The position numbers and the translations under genes were made by a program. From Klebsormidium nitens (taxonomy: Eukaryota > Plantae > Klebsormidiophyceae): DNA of 64,000 bases. The notes beneath the pieces were generated by a model. It saw nothing but the letters and a program-made list of their open reading frames with translations, did not search any database and had not been told where the DNA came from. Location of the stretch: positions 186,001 through 250,000 of the forward strand of contig DF236956.1 of NCBI GenBank assembly GCA_000708835.1, in the 5' to 3' direction. Positions 1 through 11,530 of this stretch are shown here, in pieces (position 1 is the first letter of the stretch; each line of letters starts with the position of its first letter).

Positions 1-3000
1 CATATGACGTGTACCGCGGCAGCAGCAGTTGCAAGAAGCACGTGTGCGCGGTCGGGAGCGACTCGACGCTCGTCTCGACACAGTGAATATGCACCCGGTC
101 GTGCAGGCTCGCAAACCCGGTAGACGGTAGGTACCGGATCGCGGTCGCGAAGAACAGGAGGTTCCGCTGCTGTTCCGGGGAGAGGCTCCGGACGGCCGCC
201 CAGAAGTACCGGATGACGTCATCGGAGGCTTCGCAGCCGTGGTAGGTCGTGTGCCGCTCCCAGTCGTCGATGTCCAGGTCGGACGTGGCGCCTTGCAGCT
301 GCGACGCAAACTCCTGCACACAAGGAGAGTACGTAAGATGAGAGAGGAAATAAGATCGACTATCATACGAAGATTATGTCTGTGTCACGCCTTCCGCTCT
401 CTCGTCGCATAAAGGTCCTAGGATGTGTCCAAAGCCGGCCGCAGCTGTCCAAGTTGTAGCTTCCGCACCGGCAACGAGCTACTTGACAACATTGGAGCCT
501 TCCAGGAGCGCTTTAGGTACAAGAACAGGCTGCATGCCTAGTACTCCCACACACAAATGACAACCCAGAAGTTTGCGGAACAAAGCAGGAGCAATGACAA
601 GTGCCCTCCAGAAAGCGCTCCGAGCCGCATGAAACCTTGTGTGTTTGATTGCTCACATCGCCCAGACTGACATCACTATTCCAAGGTACGAGAGAAAGCA
701 TCGCAAAGCGCGCACGAGACGAAAGCCCTTTTAAAAATGTTTTCCGAGACTTTAAATTCCTTCCCATTCCGCTCCGCTTCCTCACCTGATCGGTGAGAGG
801 GGCAAAGACGTGCGCCCACGACACCCCCTCCGGCAGCAGCGACTCCATGCCCTCGCGAAGCGCTTTGATCTGCTCCGCCACGGGCTCCATCACCTGCTTC
901 TGGACTTTGAGGTCCACGAACAGCTGCCGATTCTCTGCCGTGAGCGCCCGGTTGCGGCCCCCCGGGAGGAGCTCGACTTCGGTGTGATCGCCGAGGCCGG
1001 AGTCGATGGTGCAGACGAAGGTCAGGCCCAGGTTCTCAACCTGTGAAACGGATGTGCCTGGTTTCAAAATGACATGGACGAGCTGTAACCAGAGTGGTAT
1101 TGCAGGTTCGGTCAAACCGTCCGCCTGACCCGAATCCGAATCGAGCCAGTCGCAGAACTTTTCTCGGGCAGTAGAACTTGGGCCGTTCGATGAGAGGCTT
1201 GTGGGTCATCGCAGGGTCCAAGTTCTGCGGATTGGGCAAAGTTTGGCGTTCAACTCATGTAAGACTCTGGTCAGGCGGCCAGGTCTAACCGAATGTGCAA
1301 TTTGACACGATCCTTGAGTTGTCAAGATCTGGACGAGTTTAGCGGGAGTACACAAGAAGATGAGGCGCAGGTGCTTGAGCCCACGGACAATGCAAGTCGG
1401 GCTCAACGACGATCAGGGGGACTCGGCTTTGAATCGACGGTGCGGCCGAAGGTGAGGCCAGACTCCACATTGGAGACGGGCTGTGAGCACGGGAGGCAAC
1501 AGAGACAATAATTACTCGTTTTGAAAGCAGATATTTATGATAGCTGCATTAGGAGTTTGACGGACGCGGCATATCGGGCTGGAAGGATCGGAGCACAACC
1601 AAGTCCGTGATCTGAAAGGAGGACGCAGTTCGGGTAGCGCGACAACCAGGCTGAAAACTAGAGATGTAGTCAATTGCATTCGAGAGCCGCTGAATCTCGC
1701 TCTGCAAGGCGTCCGAAAAGAGCGAGAAGCATTGGAAGTCAAGGGACTGACACCTCGTCTATCCGAGAAACAGCCGGAAAACGCGCACAACAGCAATACA
1801 AAAGCGGCATCGTAAGGCAGGGAGGGACGAGCGACCTTCAGGTGTCTTCGTTATGGAACTCCTCATCAGGGAAAAGAGGCTGACGGCAGATTTTCGAAGT
1901 TGGAAAATGTCATGAATCCACTGACTTTAACGAATAAGAAAGTGGTCTTTGAAGTCTCAAAAACAACAGCGGACGAGCTGACAGCTCGGAGGCGTCTGAG
2001 AGACACTCGGGTCAGCTTATGGAAGGTGGGCCACAGACCCGTTAGGCAGTAAAGAGCAGCGCTGCTAAGTCGGTTCGCTTGCTGCGGCTTAACGAGCGGA
2101 CGGCTCTGATTTGACACGACGAGCCGCTCGAGCACGGCCTAGACTGTCCCAATATTGATCCGCTACCAAGCTCTTCAACATGAAGCAACACGCATTAATA
2201 GTCCTCACCTCGTCGTCTTCCATAGCCAAAATCTTCTCGCACGCGTCGTACAGCTCCGGGTCCACGTCTTCCGCCAACTCATACCGGCCGGTCGTCGTTC
2301 CGGTCTCGTCGCCCAGGGCGTACAGCAGAGCGGTGCCGAACGTCACTCCGAGCGGAACCTTGTTCGCGAGCGCGAGAATGATGATCTGGCCGCAGAAGCG
2401 GAAGTAGGAGAGGTGCCCGGGGTTGATTCCCGAGGCGTGGTTGGGAAACACGCAGCGCCGGTCGATCGGGGAGGCGAGGAAGAGCGCGCGCTCGGGGTTG
2501 AAGAGCTCCTGGCTGACCTGTGGGCAGCAGAGAGGGTTGATATGTGGAGGATTGACCTGGGCACGAGGTCCCGGAAGTAACTGAGGACCAATTCTTAAAA
2601 AACACCTGGTCTTGTTTGAAAAGCTGAAGAAAACCTGGGGTCGATGAGGGAGAAAGTCGCATACTGGAAGCATTCGCCAATGGCATACGGAGAGACGTGC
2701 ATCAGGCGATGAGAGCGCCCTGCAAATTGCCCGGCTGACCTGTTGCCAGAAGCGGTGCAAATTCTGAGGACGGCCGAAGGCTAAGAGACACTCTTCTCAA
2801 GGCGACTGAATAAGGACACGGCCTCTGTCGGCTGAGGCAGGACGAAAGTCTCAAGGAAGACAAAGATTCGCGACTTCAAGGGGCAACACTTGCCTATATT
2901 CTCACAGAGAACACTCCTTCAAGATGCCGAGCAAATCAAGGCCGCAGAGCACGAGCGTGTCACAGTTTTTTAGAAGCAAGCAAGGCTCAAGACATTGCCC

Positions 3001-5468
3001 TCCGTCGTTGATTGCCCCCTCACGTGTCATCACCAATGCCATCAATCTGTCCACCAACCGTTGCCTTGTCGACAGGGCAGCCGGGCTTGAATTCAGAGCC
3101 TGCTGAATTTGGGCTCAGAAGCAACTAAAAAGACTTTGCCGTCTTCTGGCAGAAAACCAAGGAAGTCACCAGCGTGAGAGAACCAAGAACTCACCAGCGT
3201 GAGGAACTCGCGCATGACGCCCGGCCCGTGGCCCTCCTCCTGGTCGAACGCCACATCAATGCCAAACTGGCGCACCGCCTGTGCGTCGATCGCGCTGAGC
3301 CCGGCGAACGCATCCGTGAGCAGATTGTCCCGCTTCACCCGGACCTCATAGCTGGCGATCGCATTCCGCGTGGCGGGGATGCACAGGTTTGGCGTCAGCA
3401 GCAGGCGCTCCTTGGTCTCAAACGGCCACAGGAACGTGTAAGGTCTGACCAGGAGGAACCCTAGATCGTGCACGCCCTCAAACTCGCCGACGCGCAGGTG
3501 GAGGAGCGCGTTGAAAATCTGCTGGTTGGACTGTAGGAAGGCCATGAGGCCTTTCTGGGAGTGTTCCTCGCCTGCCTCAAAGTCGTACATCCAGTTTAGC
3601 AGATTTGCGAGCCGGATCAGCAACGGAGGGGGAAGCCTGCCGAGCGCGCTGAGAGTTGCAACAAGAGAGCCATCTGGTGCTGGTGGCTGGGGGAGGGAAG
3701 ACGCCAAGGATGCAGAGACCCGAGCGGCTCTGTCTATGCCCCGCGCAGTTTGGTATAGGTCCTCCAGAATCTGCGCGGTTGCTGCTTCTAAGGTTTTGTA
3801 CTGGTCATGCTCCTTAAGCCCATCGTTGGAGTACTCCCCCCAGGGCCCGCTAAGGAGACCAAACGACCGGCATCTCTCCAGGAGCTTCGGATACAAAGTG
3901 AAGGGGGAGGAAAGTGGCCCTCTTTGCAAACCCCCGGTCTTGAATGCTGCGACGTTGTCTCTCACGTGCGCAAGCGCCTTCTGAACCACTGAACACAAGG
4001 CCCCTCCAAGAGTCTGCCTGAGGTGGTTCGAGCTTCTCCTAGAAGGAATCGTCGTTTGCCAAGTCTCTAACGTGGCCGCAGGCATATTCAAGAGGGTGAG
4101 AAGGGCTTGCTCAAACATGTCGTCCACACCGCCTGCATATACCGCCTTCGACTCCGACAACTTTCCAGTTGCTTTCAGGTATTTTTCCAGGATGGACTCA
4201 AAGAGGTTCCACCACAGGATCAGGGCGGCGTTCTTCGTGAATATAACCTCTTGAGGGAAAGCGGCCAGCTCTGAGAGCGCAGTGTGCTCAGTGACCATGG
4301 CAAGGCATGATGTGGCAAGGAACCTGCAGGGGATGAACATAGTCGTCAGAGCATGGCTCTAACTCGAGTTGAAACAAGAATTCTGCAGAGAGACCAGAAT
4401 ACTCTTTTGCAGAATCTCGGTGGTATAGAAGTGAACCTAGACACATTCAAGTGTATGAAAAGGAGGATTGCAATCTTCAATTGATTGTTGCCTCAAAACT
4501 GTCAAGGCTACAACGATGCAGGTCCAAGCAACTCACAGAAAGTCGCTGGACACAAGCTTCGTAATTGCTTCCACCCCGCCATCCTTGATGAAGCGCTGAG
4601 CATAGGTGGCTGCACCAGCACATTCCAATTGCGGCTTCAAGAATGCGTGAAGCTCCTTCGGAATGCTTTCCACCAGCTCGTTCGACGCCTCCCTCCTGCT
4701 TTCTAAGAGATTGTCAACCAACTTGCACAGATTGATGGCACTGATCGAGCCGCGGGTGTACCTGCAAGACATGAAAGGGGTTCTTTCTCAAGGCTTATTT
4801 CTATGAATCACTCAAAATTTGTTTCCTGTCTGAAGGAGCAACGAAATCAAAAACGCAATTCAAGGAATCTGCACTTACAGGAGCTGGCAGAGTAAAGAGA
4901 CAATTGGAATGACAGATGCCGTTTCTAAGATGTAACGAGTCTACTTTCAGTACACATCATAGCCTCCGTCAGCAAATGCAACATTAGGAGGGCACAAGAG
5001 AGAAAGCATAAATTTCAGGGCTATGCAGGGTTCTGGAAAAGTTGCAGAGTAAAAAGACTCAGTCACACGAAGCGAATGTCCTTACAGCTGGTCTTGTCCC
5101 AACAGGTGGCACAAATGCAACGTGGCCCCTGCCGGCACATGCCTCAGACTCAGCGCCTCATGCAAACGCTTCCCTTCGCATGTGAATGTAGTATTTGCTG
5201 CAAGAGAGCTGGCCTTCAGACGCGTTGTATCTCCTATTCGCTCTGCCAGAAGGGACACCTTCAGGTCTTTGAGGACCGTATCCGGGTTCTCTCTGCAGAC
5301 AATAGTCTTTCCATCCAGCTTGACAAAGAACTGTAGGGTCTCGCAGCCCTCAGCGACCTTGCGATCAGGTGTACTTTCAGACCGCTGCTTCTTCGCCTTT
5401 GGCGGAACAATGTCCTCCTCAGCCGACGCGCCTGAACTCGAAGGGCCTGCCTCTGCGCCATAGTCCAT
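1..5468 (-). CDS. UPL5: UPL5-like HECT E3 ubiquitin ligase with N-terminal ubiquitin-like domain (3' end truncated by window edge)
   Basis: Exons 5468-5086, 4761-4537, 4323-3195, 2517-2209, 1040-786, 313-<1; all GT-AG and phase-compatible (about 871 codons in window). Exon 1 has a Ubl-like fold (LQFFVKLDGKTIV...LHLCHLLGQ). The HECT domain reads DVAFDQEEGHGPGVMREFLTLVSQELFNP...HLSYFRFCGQII...DIDDWERHTTY...YFWAAVRSLSPEQQRNLLFFAT...LPTAHTCFLQLLLPRY, with the catalytic Cys codon at 40-38. The last exon is absent from the ORF track. Ubl+HECT architecture and length match plant UPL5. Confidence 0.92.
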
Positions 5469-6148
5469 CTTCGCAGGGTTAAGTCAGACTGTTGAGTAGC
5501 TCAGTCTTCAGATTCCATACAGCTCCCACTTGCCTTCTTGAGCATTTTTTGGAGTAGATATTTGATGAGTGAGACGATGTCAAATTATGCAGAAAGTGAA
5601 AGCCATGCTGGCTTCTCCAACTTTCGAACAATTGCTTAATGAAACTTGGAAGGCGGTTGATAGGCTTCTTTTAGGGTTTGCTCGCCATGGGCATCGTATA
5701 GAAACAGTTCCCTGTTGCATACTGTGCGACGAAGCGTAAAAAAGTTGTATGGACTCCAAGGCTCGGCCGGCGTACGTTCGAGAGGAGCGCTTTCTCCAAT
5801 ATCTTCATCTATGTCCCGCAAAAATGGCATCCAAGAGCGCAGCTCTGCACACTGGACCAGTGTACTCTTTAGGTCAATCAGAGGCGCCCTTCCCCCATCC
5901 TCATCGTGTTAAATATTAAATTGTTCAAGAGCTGCTGCCATGGTATGAAGTGCGCTGTGTAGCTTTTGGAGCAGGAGGGGGGTGGCAAACCCTCGTTACT
6001 CAAGCTGTACGCGGCCCCATTGCAAACGCGGCTGGACATTTTAAGTGTATAGTAACTCTACTTGCAGAGCATGACCCAAGATCCAGCAAATCAAACAAAG
6101 AAATCTTGTCCAGATTGAAGGCTCCGCTCTTCATCATCGTGCATAGGC

Positions 6149-8807
6149 ATGGGCTTCTCTACGGAAGTTCTCCTGTCTCCGTCGTCACTCCCTGCTGAGT
6201 TCTTCTGCCCCATCTGTCATGACGTTATCTCCCCCCTTGATGCTGTTCAGACCCCCTGCGGCCATATGGCTTGCGGCCCCTGCCTCTCCCAGGTAAGGCG
6301 CCGCCACTTTGCTGCATCAGCAACACGAGGCCAGCTCTATTCTAAGGCGGCCAGGGTTGATTTTGCACAAGATTCTGCAAGCAGTTTGTTGCAAGAAAGT
6401 TTCCTTGCTAGACATGTTGATCACAGGAAACCGTGGAGATCATATCCAACCATTTGGGAAGTGGGACGTCGGTGACCTACATAATTGTGGCTCGCAGTCG
6501 CTACGCATGGTTGGGCCGGAGTGCCCCTCTGATCGGACGCCCCTGACGGAAGCAGAGTTGAAGGTACGAAGAAGCTTCTTCTCAGCAGCTAGAGACATGA
6601 AACCTAGAAAATGTGAGGTGAATCAGTCTTCAAGAGACTTCTTCCGGTCTGTACAGGGAAACGACCACAGCCATTGCTTGTGCAGGTCTGCCTCAAAGGA
6701 CGGCACAATAAACAAGACTTCCTAGACAGGACTGATTGATACTCGGAAATTTTGGCAACGTGAGCCTTAGGACACGCGGATTAAAGAAAATGGTAATGCG
6801 GAGACATGGAAAAGGACACTTTGCTGTGGTGTCCAATGCTGTCGTCTTGGATACAATAAATGAAACCGTCACCCAGGAATTTGTTTGAAGGACAGACATT
6901 GGTGTGCAATCCTTTTTGACAGATATTGCAACTCTTGCCGCTTCGTCAATATTAGCACATGCAATACAAGGTGCACACACGTAAAGCCCACTCCATGTTT
7001 ACACACACTTCACTTCAAGTCCTATTTTTGGGTTTGGATTGAGGACCTGGATTACTCCTTTCACTATTGACCTCTAGCAATCCTGGAAAGGATCTTTTTC
7101 TTCTTCATGGAAACTGTTATAATCTGGTGATAGAAGGAATCTTGTCGCTCTGCAGTCTGCTACAACTTAAAAACTCCTCAAGATGTTCGTACATGGGGAA
7201 GGATTCTGGTTCCTTTCCCACTCCTCCGGTTGGAAATTACAAACCGGTCCGTAAATTGCCGTCCTCCTCTGCGATTGGTCAAAGAAATACAGTCCAATCA
7301 TTGCACCTGGCTTCTCCCGATCCAGTAAGAAGGAATAGCATGGCTTTTATCCCCCTCGGTGGGCCAAGTGAGTACCGAGAGAACAACCAGAAGCCAAAGT
7401 TGTGACCCAGACTTTTCTCCCCCCCAGTCCGTGAGAGAGCACAACCCGCTGGTGTACCGCATCATGGGCCGGGCTCAGGTCAAGTGCGAGAACGCGGAGG
7501 GGGGGTGCGAGTGGCGGGGGGAGCTGTCGGAGCTGGCGATCCACCTGGCGGGGTGCCCCCAGGCGATGGTGCGCTGCAAAGACTGCGGCGCCAAGGTGCC
7601 CCGGGAACAGATGGATGTGCACCACTTCCAGTGCAATAGGCAGTGCGAGGTAGGTTCTGGATCTTCTTTCCTTGTCCCGTTCTGCTCATTGTGAGGGCTC
7701 TACTATGGTCCTCTGCACCTCATTCACTGCAGCAGCTCGACGTTGAGGAACAGGGTGACTGTTCTTGCTCGTTTACTTCAGGTTTTTATTTTTCCATTTC
7801 AAAGGCATAAACCAGTTCAGAGACCTGCGCCGCTGGTTGTGCAATACGACATGAGAAGCAGATTCTGGGATAAAGTAAGCTGCTCAGACCCGTGTGTTAC
7901 AAGGCCCTCAACGGACGGGCATGTGCCGGATTCTCAGAAAGGACGTTACGAGACTTTGTGCCGAACTTCTTTCTCGCCGACTCTCCTCTGGTTTATCATT
8001 TCACCTTACTTGGCAGGGGTCCGAATCCTTGACGTTCTTGCGATTGGATCTGGACGGCAGCTTTTCGTATTAGGTCCGAGTGTTTGGACTTCCTCAAAGG
8101 TTATTCAAGCAGGCGTTGCCACCATTCGGCAAACGAGACGATCTCCCGTCGTTCCCAAGGAGAGGGCAGCGTGTGCCGGCTCATGTATGCGGAGTCAGCC
8201 GTTGTTCCCGTGTTCGCGTTCCTTTGTATGTCTCCCTTTCAGCCATCCCCCAGCATCAGCAAACGAGTCAAAAGCAGTAAGTCAAAGTATATGCAGACAT
8301 TCCGGCTGAGAGCCTTTTCTGAAGCTACAGCAACCTGTCTGTGTCGAGCAGGACTGTTTGGAGAAGGACATTGAGCTCGCCGAGTACCGCCAGGAGCTGG
8401 TCCGCGTGCGGGCCGCACTGCGCAATGCCAAGGGCGAGATTGAGGACCTGCGTGCGCAATTGAACCGGATCAACCGGGCCGGCTCTCCAAGCCCAACGAT
8501 ACCCTCCCCCTCCGGCCGGGGCTTCGTGCAGAGCGAGCAGCGGAGTTACCCGACCATCCAAACAGAGGCCGTCGCGCGGCAGCGTAGCGTTTCGAACGGG
8601 ATGACGTTAGTGAGCGGCATGACGTCAGCGAAGGGCCACGTACGGAGGAGTAGCGCGCCGGACGGGAGGACGGCTGGTGGGGGGGTGGGTTCGCGGGCAC
8701 GGGTGTACCCCCTTCAGCACTTGCCGCCGATGTCAAGAAACGAACTCCGGGCGGGTCTGGGGCTGGAACCGATTGATAGCAATGACGATAACGACTTCGA
8801 CCGATAA
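6149..8807 (+). CDS. RING-HC E3 ligase with TRAF/SIAH-type zinc finger and coiled coil (302 aa)
   Basis: Exons 6149-6292, 6498-6563, 7428-7649, 8331-8807 (909 nt, all phase 0, GT-AG). RING: CPICHDVISPLDAVQTPCGHMACGPCL...CPSDR. Zinc finger: VKCENAEGGCEWRGELSELAIHLAGCPQAMVRCKDCGAKVPREQMDVHHFQC. Then heptad-like EKDIELAEYRQELVRVRAALRNAKGEIEDLRAQL and a low-complexity tail. Confidence 0.86.
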
Positions 8808-9187
8808 CGTCTTAACCAGGACAGCCGTATGCACACTGATCCGCAGTAGGATGTTTCGATATTATTGGTCAGACGGATGGAAACCAACAGAGAGTTTCTC
8901 ACAGTATGTGGTGTCCAACTTGACCTGTACATGCAGCGGACTCGTGCCTTAATTTGCTCACCAAGCGAATATGAGGGACACTAAGGAAGAAACAAAGGAG
9001 GAGACTAACGTCAACACGGATGGTAGGCTCGATACAGAAGCTAAAGGTAATTGAAAGAACATGTCAAGGTAAGTCGAGGTAACATAACTTTTTCGAAGAC
9101 TGTATTAAGGTGTGCACGCATTTTATGGTCCTTGATTGGTCAGTGCCTGTACTTAAGTCACCTCTCCTGTATCCGGCCTGGACTCAC

Positions 9188-9600
9188 CGTCTGTAATTTG
9201 AGGGGCCCGGTTGTTCATTATTGACGACCAGATGTCCGAGTCTTTCCCTCACGAAAGGATCCAACCTGGCGGCAGCCCGCAGGGTCATGCAATTCGCAAA
9301 AGCGGGTGTTCAAGGTCTGCCGTGCCTGGCATCGGCCGGCCAGCATATCTGATCATTATTGCTCGCGATCGTGCATTAATTCTTGGTACACTTGGAGCAG
9401 GACCGGGACATTGCATGCATGAGTATCGATGAAAGCGTTGATGCACTGAGCCATTTCCTCTGGAGTATCAGTAGGACCGTCGGTTTCGTCCCCTTTATTG
9501 CATCTCATGACCTGCCTGGGGTCTTCTGGTCTATACACGGGGTCTCTCAGTTTTTTGCTGACTTCCCATAGTTGAGTGCTGGCCGTAAAATGCTCTGAAC
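9188..9600 (-). pseudogene. possible frameshifted gene relic, unknown product
   Basis: Protein-like minus-strand segments (QLWEVSKKLRDPVYRPEDPRQ...LLQVYQELMHDR / AIMIRYAGRPMPGTADLEHPLLRIA / MTLRAAARLDPFVRERLGHL) join only through 1-nt frameshifts and end at a strong G|GTGAGT donor at 9188/9187. No family recognised. Confidence 0.25.
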
Positions 9601-11530
9601 TACTAGGCGGGTGGGGGGTTGGGCGGGTGGGCCATGTCACACATGCTGTTCTGCACTGAAAGAGACGAGATTATCACTGCCATGGGCAGTGGACCAGGCA
9701 CGCTCTTAATGTAGTGAACGTTCACCGACTCCAAAATGACTAGGTACTGGCATTCAACTGCATGCCGCCACTGGCAAGGATTAGGTATCCATGATTCTAG
9801 GGGGATCCCCGTATGACGATCGAAGCCGCGAAACCACGGCCGACCGGTCGCTTGCGGCTTGACCGACCATGACGTGGATCACGGTCCAAAGTCCAACCGA
9901 CCTGACTCCCGGAGCCTCCAGGAGGGAGTCTGTGAGGCAGCGCAAGCTTTCTCCTGGGCGACCCCACCCGATCACTCGGTTTAGGCCCAGGCGTGCTTGG
10001 TTCAGAGCGCATCGCCCGCTCGGGGCACGAATTAGAAGGATCGGAGCAGAAGACGTGTTGGCATCCATGCAAGCCCGTGGACCACCCCGGGAAGCCACAT
10101 GCCGCGCGTAGCTCGCTGAGCGCCTCCGCTTAGCTAAAGTCTGCTTATGCTGAAGTCTGCTGGCACAGCTCATTGGAAGCCGTCTTTTGCGGGAATTGCA
10201 TCATGCAGCTGGCCCGGTACGAAAGCCGATAGGGAGCGCCGGCTCAGCTCGGAAGCTAGTATGTCGTCACCGGTTGACTAGACACTGGGCCGTTTGACGT
10301 CACTTATCTTACTTAGCTTACCTCGAAGTTTCCTCCGACACCCCACCCCAGGCCCCTTGTGCCAGTTGTGGTTGAGAACAGTTCTGTTGCACGAGACTTT
10401 GGCGTCGTTATACGATCAAAGTGCTTTCTTGAACACCCCCCCCACGAACAACTAAGAGTGTGGTCCACTTGGGGCTGACGTGAGCGTTCCCTCACGTAAG
10501 CCTGATTCAAGCCGTCCCCATGCATGCCTGCTTACTGGCCGGCTTTGATACTCTCTCGATGTCACCTTGAGGAGTCACATCAGCTCGTGAAGGAAAATGA
10601 GCCAGGGCATACAGGGCATACTTGAGAATCCAATCAGCAGCGGGAGGAGAAAACTCTCAGGCATCTGACTTTTACAACTCGTAACAGGCTGCTATAAGGA
10701 GGGACGAAAGAAGGATGTAAATATCTCGTTTATTCTGCACAAGACGGAGCAATTCTAGCTGCATGCAGGGTTCCTCCTCTTGGTTTCTTGGAACAGCTAG
10801 GCAGTTAAGTGAATTGGGATCAGCAGTCATTGTCGAGAGCTGAACAGCAAAGAAGTGCGAAGCAAGAATCATCTATCTTCTCTTCTAGTAGCCTACAATT
10901 ATTAAGGTACAATCTGGTTGAGTCTCCAGGAGCCTCTATTTATGAGCAGTCGAGGTCCAAGCTTGTGATCCTTCAAGCAGCTACGTTCAGAGGCTGTTGA
11001 GCATACAAATGAGATACTCGTTAAAGCATACAGCCTTGGTTCGTATGTTGCCACACAATACACGAAGCTGAGTCTACAGCTTCAAGTTGTCCTCATCTAT
11101 CCGAGCATGCGCTCACTTAGATTGTACGCAGCTGAATGGATCTTCAGGCTGCTTTCTTCGACCAGCTTTGAAGCAGCATCCGTGTGAACAACTCTTGAAG
11201 CTCTTAGCTCAGAGAGAACTCAAACATAACCGCTTAAGAACGCTTGGGAGGCTAAAGTATACTATAAACAACTTTTCTTCGATTCAATCATCCAAGAGCG
11301 TTGGCAGAACTAATTCTGTAGCAACTTGAGCTGCTTTCATGCACCTGCAGACCTGTTTGTCTTTCGGCAAGCTCCGCTGATCCAATATTGATCCCAGCGC
11401 TGTAGAAACTTGCCAGTTGGTCTGCAGATGCATTGCAAGATAGCACTTCTGCCAGGCATTGCGCTTTGCCTGGATCAGGTTGAATAGCAGCAAGAGAGGC
11501 AGGCAGCCAGTCCCCTGTGTTTCTAGAAAG

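Noticed and set aside
2155-3984. Plus-strand ORFs of 96-157 aa (2155-2580, 3174-3464, 3511-3984)
   Set aside because: They are antisense to HECT exons and show no independent motif.
4879-4924. Candidate extra 46-nt HECT exon (TTAG...GTAAG)
   Set aside because: Including it breaks the frame; exons 5468-5086 and 4761-4537 join in phase without it.
5636-5830. 64-aa minus ORF upstream of the HECT start
   Set aside because: No motif and no clear in-frame splice to the HECT exon. It could be a uORF, but this is unsupported.
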